NCBI GenBank assembly: GCA_046583355.1
Contig: JAYGCM010000087.1
Span: 1-64,000, forward strand
DNA: 64,000 nt
DNA from: Deltaproteobacteria bacterium
GTDB taxonomy: Bacteria > Desulfobacterota > Binatia > UBA12015
Direction of reading: 5' to 3'
In this document: positions 29,621 to 38,363 of the stretch, in pieces
How the letters are laid out: every line of letters begins with the position of its first letter
How positions within the stretch are numbered: position 1 is the stretch's first letter
The notes under the pieces: generated by a model
Databases searched by the model: none
Seen by the model: only the letters and a program-made list of their open reading frames with translations
Told to the model about the DNA's origin: nothing
Position numbers and translations under genes: made by a program

Positions 29621-31675
29621 TCAGCTCCCTGGGAGGGCGACGCCGGCGCCCGCGCCGAGGATCACCCGGGTCCGGCCCAATATCACATCGGGGTGGTCGG
29701 CCAGCGAGACATGTAGATTGTAGAATCCGGGCGGCAGAGTGGGGACATCAATCTCGATGCCGCGACCGGTCTCCGTGCCGGGGCCGAGCGCCAGCGGCAG
29801 GTAGGCGAAGGCCTGTCCTTCGGAGACGGCCTCGCCGGCCGTGTTGCGCCATATGATGATCGCCGGGCGTGGCTCGATGGGTTCGGGGTGGCGGAAGACC
29901 GAGTTCGAGGCGTTATGCGAATGGATCGGGATCCATTGGCGCGCCTTGGTCAGAGGGTGAGCGTAATGGAAGGTCGCGGTGGCCTGGATCTGGCTCGCAT
30001 CTTCGGTGATTTCGATATCGGCTTGCAGGGCATAGAGGGAAACCTCACCGGCCTGGCCGATTTTGCGCATCCGCGTCGGATCCGTGATCAGCTTGCGCAG
30101 GCGGCGTAACTCGCGGCTATCACCGCGGTTTTGGTGCAAAGCAAGAGTACGGAAGCCGAGCGCGTGTAGGGCATCGGCCGCCTCGGGCGCGGGCAATTGG
30201 GCGGCCAATTCCTCGATGCCCTTTTGCACATAGGTCGAGAAAGAATTGTAGCAGGCCGCGACCGGCTGGCCGTGGAAACCGGCTGCCGTCAGGTAGATCG
30301 GGCCGTCGGCGACTTTTCGCCAAGGGCCGAAATGGGCCGGTAGGTCGAGCACGGCGCCCTCGGGAATCCGGGTATAGAGCGACGCGAGTTCCGCAGGGAT
30401 GCCGGCCTCGGTATGGCCCATTGCCGTGCTGCGGCCGAAGGAGAAGGCAGAGGCCACCGGGTGGGTGAGTTCGGCGAAGACCAGCGCGACGGCGGCGCAG
30501 CCGGTGGCCAGGCGCAGGCGCGAAGGCAGGAGTTCAAGCAATACGAGAATGCCGTATGCCGCCAGCAGGTCGACCACGAGCAAGACTCCGACCGCAATGC
30601 TGCGCAATACGCGGATACCATCGAGGCCGGGCACGACCTCGCGCAGCAGGTGAATCGGGCCCGGGATATTCAGCCCGGGGATCGTCGCCACCGAGCAGAA
30701 GAAGACCGCAGCCGCGGCCGCCAGCAGCGGCAGGCGTGGGTCGGTGCCTTCGACGATGCGCTGCCGGCGGATGCGGTCGGCGAGGCCGACCAAGGCCAGC
30801 AGGAGCGCCAGGACGCCAATGCCGGCGTCGCCGCCGGGCCAATAATCGGCAGCATAGAGGAGGATTGTATCTTCCCGGCCTTGCAGAATATTCCAGGTAT
30901 CGCGGGCGTGGAAATAGGGCTGGAAGAGCAAGAAGAGTGTGCCCAGGGTGATGGTCGCGACCATGGCGAGCTGCGGCAGGCGGGCGAGCAGGTGCGCGCG
31001 GTGGCGCCATAGGAGGTCACCGCCATAGACGCCGCCGAGAATCGCGAGCCCGAGGACCTGGTAGAAACTCTCGAGCAGTTGCAGCACCAGCATCGCGCTC
31101 AGCGCCGCGGCGGCTCGCCAGCTGCCGCTGTGCATGAGCCGGTGTGCCGCCAGCAAGGCCAGCGGCGTCCAGATATTTCCCGTCGCGAAGAGGTGCGCGG
31201 GGTTGGCCGCGCGCAAGGGGTGCAGGGCGAAGAGCAGGGCGGCAACCAGCGCGCCGGGAATGCTGCCGGTCCAGAAATAGGCGAGCGCATACATCGCCAG
31301 TCCGGCAACCCAGAGATGCAGGATCACAACGATATTGAAGGTCGTAATCGGGTTGCCGGTCAGCGCATGCGGCACGATCCCGAGCAAAGCCTCGCCGAAC
31401 ATATGCTCGCCCAGGGTATAGGGACGGGTCAGAGGAAAGCAGCTGCTCTTCTCGGCAAAGCCAAAGGGCAAGGCGGCCATGCGGCTGGCCTTGAGCCCGA
31501 TCATGCCGGCAACCGCGCCCTGGTCTGCCTGATAGACCAGGGTCTCGCGCCGGGTTTCGTGGCGCTCGGGCAGCGGCAGCCGGCCGCCGATATCCGGCAG
31601 CACGGCGCGGAAGACGAAGAGCACGGCCAGCAGCAGCAGCAAGGCTGCGCCGGCATGTTGGAAGCGTTGGCTCAT
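29621..31675 (-). CDS. Large polytopic membrane protein, probable GT-C glycosyltransferase (YfhO-like)
   Basis: About 11 TMs; YTLGEHMFG, GALVAALLFALHPLR, PGLDGIRV; C-terminal periplasmic domain. Confidence 0.65.
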   Translation of the reverse strand: MSQRFQHAGAALLLLLAVLFVFRAVLPDIGGRLPLPERHETRRETLVYQADQGAVAGMIGLKASRMAALPFGFAEKSSCFPLTRPYTLGEHMFGEALLGIVPHALTGNPITTFNIVVILHLWVAGLAMYALAYFWTGSIPGALVAALLFALHPLRAANPAHLFATGNIWTPLALLAAHRLMHSGSWRAAAALSAMLVLQLLESFYQVLGLAILGGVYGGDLLWRHRAHLLARLPQLAMVATITLGTLFLLFQPYFHARDTWNILQGREDTILLYAADYWPGGDAGIGVLALLLALVGLADRIRRQRIVEGTDPRLPLLAAAAAVFFCSVATIPGLNIPGPIHLLREVVPGLDGIRVLRSIAVGVLLVVDLLAAYGILVLLELLPSRLRLATGCAAVALVFAELTHPVASAFSFGRSTAMGHTEAGIPAELASLYTRIPEGAVLDLPAHFGPWRKVADGPIYLTAAGFHGQPVAACYNSFSTYVQKGIEELAAQLPAPEAADALHALGFRTLALHQNRGDSRELRRLRKLITDPTRMRKIGQAGEVSLYALQADIEITEDASQIQATATFHYAHPLTKARQWIPIHSHNASNSVFRHPEPIEPRPAIIIWRNTAGEAVSEGQAFAYLPLALGPGTETGRGIEIDVPTLPPGFYNLHVSLADHPDVILGRTRVILGAGAGVALPGS

Positions 31676-32595
31676 GAATCGGGTTCGGCTCCGTAGGAGA
31701 CGCTAGCACCCTTGGCAGCATGGTCGAACTGCTCGCGAAGCAGGCGAACCTTCGCGACCTGCCCCGGAAGCAGAACTTTGTCGGGGTTGGGAAGACTCGC
31801 ACGCATCTTGATGGTCGCCGTGTTGCGATCGATCTGGTTGTTGATGAAATCGACCCTCCCGATATGCGGGTGCTCGCCGGTGCCGGGCAGGATAGCGCGG
31901 ACGCTCAGGGGTGCGCTGCGATGTTGCTCGAGCAGAGTGGGCAGGTCGGCTTTGGTCGGGCTGAAATAAAGATAGATCGGGTCGAGTTGCACAATGGTCG
32001 TCAGCAGCGTCGCTTCGCCTGCGCCGACCAGGTTGCCGACATCGACCAGGTGCCGCCCGATGCGGCCGCTGATCGGTGCCCGGATCTGGGTATAGCTTAG
32101 TTCGAGCTCGGTCTCGGCCAGCGCGGCACGATCGGCCGCGACGCTCGCCTCCAGGGTGCGCACTCGGGTCAGATTCTCAGCGAAATTCTCACGCGAGATA
32201 TATTGCTGCGCGGCCAGCGGGCGGTAGCGCTCGACCTGCGCGTGGGCATGCGCAAGCTCGGCCTCGTCGCGCGCCAGGACTGCTTTGGCCTGCTGGACGG
32301 CGGCCTCGAATTGGTCGGACTGAATGATGAAGAGCAGATCGTTTTGTGCGACGTCCTGGCCGTCACGAAAGAGACGCTCGAGGAGGTAGCCTGTCACGCG
32401 TGCTCGCACTTGGACGGATTCCGATGCTGCCGTGATGCCGGCATAATCGACCCTTGAAGGTGCCGTGACGCTTGGGGCCGGGGTGACGTCAACGCGGGGC
32501 GGTTGAGGCAGGGCCGCGCTGCCGCCGCAGCCATAGAATGCGGCCGCGCCGCTGCATGCCATCGCGATAAATAGATGCTTGCCTGCATCATGCAT
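31672..32595 (-). CDS. RND efflux periplasmic adaptor (MFP), apparently C-terminally truncated
   Basis: VQVRARVTGYL, coiled coil, LSYTQIRAPISGRIG, GNLVGAG, LLPGQ; ends shortly afterwards; no RND pump adjacent. Confidence 0.8.
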   Translation of the reverse strand: MHDAGKHLFIAMACSGAAAFYGCGGSAALPQPPRVDVTPAPSVTAPSRVDYAGITAASESVQVRARVTGYLLERLFRDGQDVAQNDLLFIIQSDQFEAAVQQAKAVLARDEAELAHAHAQVERYRPLAAQQYISRENFAENLTRVRTLEASVAADRAALAETELELSYTQIRAPISGRIGRHLVDVGNLVGAGEATLLTTIVQLDPIYLYFSPTKADLPTLLEQHRSAPLSVRAILPGTGEHPHIGRVDFINNQIDRNTATIKMRASLPNPDKVLLPGQVAKVRLLREQFDHAAKGASVSYGAEPDS

Positions 32596-32775
32596 CGTCA
32601 GATTCTTTCTTTGTTCTCTTTCGCATAGGGCCGAGTTCCGAGAGAATACCGATCAGTAGGATTGGTAGATCCTCGCCTATGGCGTCCATCTACAGCTGAC
32701 ATACTGCGGACGGGCGTAGAACGAAAGCGGCGATCCCCCTTGCGCCGGGCCCGGCAATGGGGTTCTTCGCAGCAG

Positions 32776-33096
32776 ATGACGAATCAGGAATATCTCCACC
32801 GAGCTGACGCGTGTCTGGCGCGGGTGGCGGATTGGCTCGAAGCTTTTGACCCCGATGATGTCGATTATTCGACCACCGATGGCATGGTATCGCTCGAGTT
32901 CCCGAGCGGGAAACGCTTCGTCCTGAATCGCCAATCCGGCAATAACCAGATGTGGTTCGCCGCCGGAGTGCGCGCCTGGCATTACGATTGGGACGAGGCC
33001 GGCCAGACCTGGCTCGACATAAAAGACGGTCACGAACTCTATGGCCGGATCGCCGAGGTCGTGAGCGAGAGGCTCGGCCGGCAGGTTTCGTTTTAG
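32776..33096 (+). CDS. cyaY: Iron donor/frataxin-like protein CyaY
   Basis: DGMVSLEFPSGKRFVLNRQSGNNQMWFAAG..AWHYDW. Confidence 0.85.
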   Translation: MTNQEYLHRADACLARVADWLEAFDPDDVDYSTTDGMVSLEFPSGKRFVLNRQSGNNQMWFAAGVRAWHYDWDEAGQTWLDIKDGHELYGRIAEVVSERLGRQVSF

Positions 33097-33099
33097 CGG

Positions 33100-34440
33100 A
33101 TGCGCCGTCTCGGAGTCTACGCCCGGAGCGTTTATAGCCTCGGCGATATGAGCACCAATACGGCGCTCTCGGCTCTGACCATCATCTACGCCGCCTATTT
33201 TCTTACCCAGGTCGCGGGTCTGCGCCCCGTGCTCGCTGGCCTGGTGCCTTTGATCGGTCGTTTCGTCGATGCCTTCACCGACCCGATGATTGGCCGTCTC
33301 TCGGACCGCACGACTCTGGCCGGTGGCCGCCGGCGACCCTATTTTTTGATCGGTGCGATTCCCTTCGGCCTGACCTTCGCGATGCTCTGGTACGTTCCGC
33401 CGGTCGAGAGTCAGTTTCTCGCCTTCGTCTACTACACGGTCATCTATTGCCTCTTCAGTGTGGCGACGACGGTCTGCTCGGTGCCCTACCTGGCGCTGAT
33501 CCCCGAGATGGCGACCGATTACGATGATCGGACCTCGCTCAATGCCTACCGTGCGGTGGGTGCGACGATGGGCATCTTCGCTGCCATCGGCATGCGCCAG
33601 GTCGCCGATAGTTTTGGCGGCGGCCACGAGGGCTGGGCTCTGGCGGGCCTCTGTTACGGCGTCTTTCTGATTCTGCCCTGGGTTTGGGTACATCGCGTCA
33701 GCTTCGAGCGCCCCGAGTTTCGCCGTCCCCAGGTGGAGGTGCCGCCGCTGATCCCGAGCCTGCTCTCTGCTTTGCGTCAGAAGAGTTTCGTGCGTCTGGT
33801 CGCGCTCTATCTCTGCGGTCGCCTGGCGATGGATCTCGTCGGTGCGATGTTGATTCTATATGTGACCTACTGGCTGGGTCGCACCGGCGATTTCGAGACG
33901 ACGATGTTCCTCTTTCTCATCGCGGCACTTCTGAGCCTTCCTTTTTGGCTGATGCTGGCGCGGCGGGTCGATAAACGCACGGCCTTCATCGCTGGCGCGG
34001 CACTTTGGGCGACCACCCAGATCCTGCTCTTCCTGATCCAGCCGGATTGGCCTGTTTGGGTGATGTACAGCGGTATCTGCATTTCCGGTATCGGCTTTGC
34101 GGGGGTCGATATGATGCCCTGGTCGATGGTCGGCGATGTAATCGATGAAGACGATCTGGCAACCGGCGAGCGTCGCGAGGGGCTGTTCAACGGTTTGCTC
34201 ATGTTCCTGCGCAAACTTGCCGGCGCCATCGCGGTCTTCCTCGCGTTGGCGGCGCTCGATTTCGCCGGTTTTCGCGACGGCGGTGCGCAATCCCCGCAGG
34301 TGCTTTTGCTGATTCGCTTGCTCGTGAGCTTCGGCCCGGCGAGTTTCCTGCTGCTCGCGCTGGTGATGGCGCTGCGCTACCCGCTGACCCGCGCGCGCCA
34401 CGGCGAGATCCTCAAGGCTCTGGTCGCTCGCGGCAGGTAG
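33100..34440 (+). CDS. GPH-family glycoside:cation symporter
   Basis: DAFTDPMIGRLSDRT..GRRRPY, VPYLALIPEM..DYDDRT, GERREGLF. Confidence 0.9.
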   Translation: MRRLGVYARSVYSLGDMSTNTALSALTIIYAAYFLTQVAGLRPVLAGLVPLIGRFVDAFTDPMIGRLSDRTTLAGGRRRPYFLIGAIPFGLTFAMLWYVPPVESQFLAFVYYTVIYCLFSVATTVCSVPYLALIPEMATDYDDRTSLNAYRAVGATMGIFAAIGMRQVADSFGGGHEGWALAGLCYGVFLILPWVWVHRVSFERPEFRRPQVEVPPLIPSLLSALRQKSFVRLVALYLCGRLAMDLVGAMLILYVTYWLGRTGDFETTMFLFLIAALLSLPFWLMLARRVDKRTAFIAGAALWATTQILLFLIQPDWPVWVMYSGICISGIGFAGVDMMPWSMVGDVIDEDDLATGERREGLFNGLLMFLRKLAGAIAVFLALAALDFAGFRDGGAQSPQVLLLIRLLVSFGPASFLLLALVMALRYPLTRARHGEILKALVARGR

Positions 34441-34454
34441 GAGAGAAGAAGTCG

Positions 34455-35384
34455 ATGTCGGATTTACAGACGCGTTTTGCACGCTACGCCTGGTGGACGC
34501 TGGGGCTGACGGTGCTGGTCATCCTCTGGGGTACGGTTGTGCGGGCGACGGGTTCGGGCGCGGGTTGTGGCAGCCATTGGCCGCTTTGTAATGGTGTCGT
34601 CGTGCCGCTGGCGCCCAGCGCCAAGACCATCATTGAATTCGGCCACCGCGTAACCAGCGGAGCGGATCTGCTGCTGGTGGCCTTTTTGCTGTGGACTGCA
34701 CGTCGCGCCTGGCCCGCGCGCCACCGCGTGCGGCGTGCGGCCTGGGCCTCTTTGGTTCTGATTCTGATCGAGGCGCTTCTCGGTGCGGGTCTGGTGTTGC
34801 TGGAATACGTCGCCGATAACGCCGAGATTGCACGCGGCTGGTGGGTGGGGGCCCACCTGCTCAATACCTATCTGCTCTTGGCCGCGTTGACCTATACCGC
34901 GCATTTCGCCTCGGGTGGCCGCGCCTTTATCTTGCGTGGCAGGCGCGCCGGAATGTTCGCGGCCGTGCTCGCCATGGTCGCCCTTCTCGGTATGAGCGGG
35001 GCGCTTACGGCGCTGGGCGATACGCTCTTCCCGGTCGCTGATCTTGCCGCCGGCACGGCACTGACCTTCTCGCCCGATGCGCATATCTTCGTTCGGCTGC
35101 GGGTCTGGCATCCTGTGCTCGCGGTGGTGGCCGGGGTTTTTCTTCTTGCGGCGACGTGGCAGACCTCGATGGACGCACAGAATCCGCGCGTGTCGCGCCT
35201 GAGCGTGCAATTAGCGGGCCTCTTTCTGGCGCAGATGGCCATCGGCGTGGCGAATGTCGGTCTATTGGCGCCCGTTTGGTTGCAGGTCGTTCACCTGCTC
35301 TTCGCCGACGGGATCTGGATCGTATTGCTGCTCCTGGCCGCCGAGGCGCTCGCCGACGAATCGCCCGTGGTCGCTCAGTCCTGA
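34455..35384 (+). CDS. ctaA: Heme A synthase (COX15/CtaA)
   Basis: VRATGSGAGCGSHWPLCNG, IEFGHR, and conserved His in later TMs. Confidence 0.85.
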   Translation: MSDLQTRFARYAWWTLGLTVLVILWGTVVRATGSGAGCGSHWPLCNGVVVPLAPSAKTIIEFGHRVTSGADLLLVAFLLWTARRAWPARHRVRRAAWASLVLILIEALLGAGLVLLEYVADNAEIARGWWVGAHLLNTYLLLAALTYTAHFASGGRAFILRGRRAGMFAAVLAMVALLGMSGALTALGDTLFPVADLAAGTALTFSPDAHIFVRLRVWHPVLAVVAGVFLLAATWQTSMDAQNPRVSRLSVQLAGLFLAQMAIGVANVGLLAPVWLQVVHLLFADGIWIVLLLLAAEALADESPVVAQS

Positions 35385-36367
35385 ATTCCGACAAGGCGCT
35401 GGAGCGCCGGCCGCATGCGCTCGGTCGCGGCATACCCCTCCGCGATCGCTTCGGCGGCGTGGTCGAAATCGAGCAGGCGAATGTTCTCCAGGCGAGGCTC
35501 GATCAGCAGGTCGGCCGGATCTCCTGCGATGCGGCTACGGGTCACGCGGTCCTGCATGATATTGATCGCGCCGGCCATGACATCGAAGAAGCCCGGCGCC
35601 TTGCTTCGGCCGCTTCCGCGCGGCGTGAAGAGGAAACGTGCGGGACCTTCGAGCCTTGCCCGCAGCGCTGCGGGGAGCTTCTCGAGGGTATCATCCAACC
35701 CGCGGGGGTCGTCGCCGAAAATGGAGAAGGGCGTCGTCCGATGCGTATTGCGGTCGGTGAGAATGCCGCTGAGATTGACGGCGATGACGAGATCGGCGCC
35801 GAGCGCGCGGCAGACCGAGACCGGCACGGGGTTCACCAGGCCGCCATCCACCAGCCAACTCGTGCCGTATTGCACCGGCGGCAGGAGGCCCGGCAGGGAA
35901 ATCGAGGCCCGCACGGCATCGTGCAAGGAACCCTTATTGAGCCAGATTTCACGACCGGATTCAAAATCCGTGGCAACCGCCGTAAAGGGTAGCGGCAGAG
36001 CCTCGATTTCCACGTCGGCCGCGACCCGCTCGAAAGCCTCGAAGAGCCGCGCGCCGCCGATCACGCCGCCGCGTCCCGGCGCGAGGTCCATCAGGCGGAA
36101 GATATCGAGTTTGCCCACGGAGCGGGCCCAATCTTCCAGCGCATCGAGTTGCCCGCTGACATAGGCGCCGCCGACCAGAGCACCGGCGGATGTGCCAGCG
36201 ACGATCGCGGGTTCGATCCCCATCTCATGCAGCGCCCGCAGGACGCCGATATGAGCCCAGCCGCGCGCCGAGCCACTGCCCAATGCGACGCCGAGGCGAG
36301 GCTTGCCGGGGGCGGGGATCGAGCGCTGCGTGCCGCGGCGGTTCGTGGTTTTTGTGCGTCGGGCCAT
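35375..36367 (-). CDS. Patatin-like phospholipase (RssA-like)
   Basis: ALGSGSARGWAHIGV, GTSAG, LVDGGLVNPVP. Confidence 0.92.
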   Translation of the reverse strand: MARRTKTTNRRGTQRSIPAPGKPRLGVALGSGSARGWAHIGVLRALHEMGIEPAIVAGTSAGALVGGAYVSGQLDALEDWARSVGKLDIFRLMDLAPGRGGVIGGARLFEAFERVAADVEIEALPLPFTAVATDFESGREIWLNKGSLHDAVRASISLPGLLPPVQYGTSWLVDGGLVNPVPVSVCRALGADLVIAVNLSGILTDRNTHRTTPFSIFGDDPRGLDDTLEKLPAALRARLEGPARFLFTPRGSGRSKAPGFFDVMAGAINIMQDRVTRSRIAGDPADLLIEPRLENIRLLDFDHAAEAIAEGYAATERMRPALQRLVGIQD

Positions 36368-36441
36368 GCCTGCGGACATCATGGCTGGAGGTGCGGTCGA
36401 ATTGCAACGCTCGTGCTTCCGTGGCGTGCTAAACTCACAGC

Positions 36442-37260
36442 GTGAATCCGCTGTACCTGCTGCTTGGGCTCGCGTTTCTCGGCGCGCTCTTTGCGGTTCT
36501 CGAAGGGCTTTGGCCCGCCGAGGTCGGCCAGAGGCGTCTGCGCGCGGGGTTGCGCACGGATCTCGTCTATTGGTTCCTGACGCCTTTGGCGACAAGGCCC
36601 TTGACGGGCGTGGCGATCGCGCTTGCCTTGGTCGCGACTGCCTTGCTTGCCGGTACGCCGCTCACCACCGAGGCGATCAGCCGTTTTCTGGCGCCGCGCG
36701 GGCTGGTCCAGGCCCTGCCGCGCTGGGCTCAGGCCGTCGCCTTTTTTCTTCTCGCCGATTTGCTGGGCTATCTGGCGCATCGACTTTTACATGGCCGCCG
36801 GCTCTGGCCGGTACATGCTGTGCACCATTCCTCGCGCGAGGTCGACTGGCTCTCGTCGGTGCGCGCGCATCCGTTGAACGACCTCTTCACGCGCTCGCTG
36901 CAGGCGGTGCCGCTTGTGCTCTTCGGTTTCGACCCGGCCTTGCTGGTGGCCTGGGTTCCTTTCCTGGTCTTCTATTCGATCTTTCTGCACGCCAATGTGC
37001 CCTGGGATTTCGGCCCCTTACGCTACGTGATCGCCACGCCGGCCTTCCATCGCTGGCACCACGCCGAGACCCGTCGCGAGGCCTGTAATTTCGCTGGCCT
37101 CTTTCCGCTTTGGGACCTTGCCTTCGGGACCTGGCATCTGCCTCGCGGCGAAACTCCGCCGGCCTACGGCATCTGCAACGACGATATGCCTGCCGGCGTT
37201 CTCGGCCAGATGGCCTATCCCTTCCGTCGCCGCGCGGCCGCGGATTCTTCCGTGCCTTAG
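36442..37260 (+). CDS. Sterol desaturase/fatty acid hydroxylase family
   Basis: His boxes HRLLH, HAVHHS, FLHAN, FHRWHH. Confidence 0.9.
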   Translation: MNPLYLLLGLAFLGALFAVLEGLWPAEVGQRRLRAGLRTDLVYWFLTPLATRPLTGVAIALALVATALLAGTPLTTEAISRFLAPRGLVQALPRWAQAVAFFLLADLLGYLAHRLLHGRRLWPVHAVHHSSREVDWLSSVRAHPLNDLFTRSLQAVPLVLFGFDPALLVAWVPFLVFYSIFLHANVPWDFGPLRYVIATPAFHRWHHAETRREACNFAGLFPLWDLAFGTWHLPRGETPPAYGICNDDMPAGVLGQMAYPFRRRAAADSSVP

Positions 37261-37757
37261 AATTGCACGGCGATCGTGTCGCCGCTTTTGAGCTGGCATT
37301 CGCCCACGCCACCGCCGGGCATTCCCTCTGACGGGTTGGCGAGTTGGAAGCGGCAGCGCATTACGTCACCAAGGTTTCCGAAGAGCGTCGAGATGACCTT
37401 GCCCGAATAATTCTGGAGGAAGGTCGAGTAGCTACTGCCGCCCATCCACGGTCCGCCATAGGAACCCCAATCCGCCCAATAGGGCCCCCAGCCACCCCAG
37501 CCGCCCCAGGCGGTGCCGAGCGAGTCGGCCGTGCTGGTCGTGGTGATCTGCAGGTAGCGCCCGGTGAAGAGTTCCCCGCTGGGCAGGGTCACGGCGAGCT
37601 TGCCGGCGCTGTCGAAGGGATCCATCTGCCAATCCATCGTGACAGCTTGACTGCCGGGCGCGCCGGACATTTCGAGTCGGCCCTGGATGACGCCCTGCTG
37701 GGTGCAGCCAGCGAGAAATGCCACGAGGGCGAGTGAGTAGATGGTCGTTCTGAGCAT
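37257..37757 (-). CDS. Lipoprotein of unknown function
   Basis: AAGGA SD; lipobox LAGC; Trp/Gly-rich insert; C-terminal C...GGGVGEC. Confidence 0.75.
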   Translation of the reverse strand: MLRTTIYSLALVAFLAGCTQQGVIQGRLEMSGAPGSQAVTMDWQMDPFDSAGKLAVTLPSGELFTGRYLQITTTSTADSLGTAWGGWGGWGPYWADWGSYGGPWMGGSSYSTFLQNYSGKVISTLFGNLGDVMRCRFQLANPSEGMPGGGVGECQLKSGDTIAVQF

Positions 37758-37814
37758 ATGTCCTTCTTTCTTTGGCGCGGGGGCCAGCGCCGTAGTAGGG
37801 ACTGGTTTGAAATT

Positions 37815-38228
37815 ATGCAAGTCGAAGTCTGTGGCGCACGTCGCCTGAAATCCGCGCCGCTGGTCCTGACCTTGGCGCTCTTTTGTCTGTTGGCGGGCTG
37901 CGCATTGACCTCGGGTGGTCCTGCGGTGGCGCCCGCGGCGAGTTTCGTTGTCGCCGCGGGTGAGGAATTTGATGTACGACTTCTCGCCAACCGCAGCACA
38001 GGCTATTCCTGGGCTCTGGGTGCGGCGCTCGACGAGAGCCGCCTGACGCTGGTGCGCCACGAGTATGACGCCCCAGCGGCGGGCCGTCCGGGCGAGGGGG
38101 GGATTTCGATGTGGCGTTTTCGTGGCGTGGCGTCCGGACGAACCACGCTTCTCTTCTTCTACCGCCGACCGTGGGCCCTCGATGCTGGTCCGGCGCGTAC
38201 CATGCAATACTCTGTGGTTGTCCAGTAG
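37815..38228 (+). CDS. Chagasin-like cysteine protease inhibitor (I42) lipoprotein
   Basis: Lipobox LAGC; ANRSTGYSW, GEGG..W.F, YRRPW. Start uncertain. Confidence 0.82.
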   Translation: MQVEVCGARRLKSAPLVLTLALFCLLAGCALTSGGPAVAPAASFVVAAGEEFDVRLLANRSTGYSWALGAALDESRLTLVRHEYDAPAAGRPGEGGISMWRFRGVASGRTTLLFFYRRPWALDAGPARTMQYSVVVQ

Positions 38229-38363
38229 CCGACTTGCGACGCGGCGCGTCGTGGGGGATGTCTGAGACGGCTTCGCATTCTGTGCCTGTTCATGAGAGGC
38301 AACCGGGAGGCCCGACCGCCAAGGTCGGGTCGCCAGAGGTTTTCAGCCACCAAGGGGACTTTC

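Noticed and set aside
38229..38363. Cobalamin riboswitch upstream of the TonB receptor near metH
   Set aside because: Only a short hairpin (CCCGACC/GGTCGGG) is present; no B12-box or GGGAA...GCCACTG core, and the region is short.
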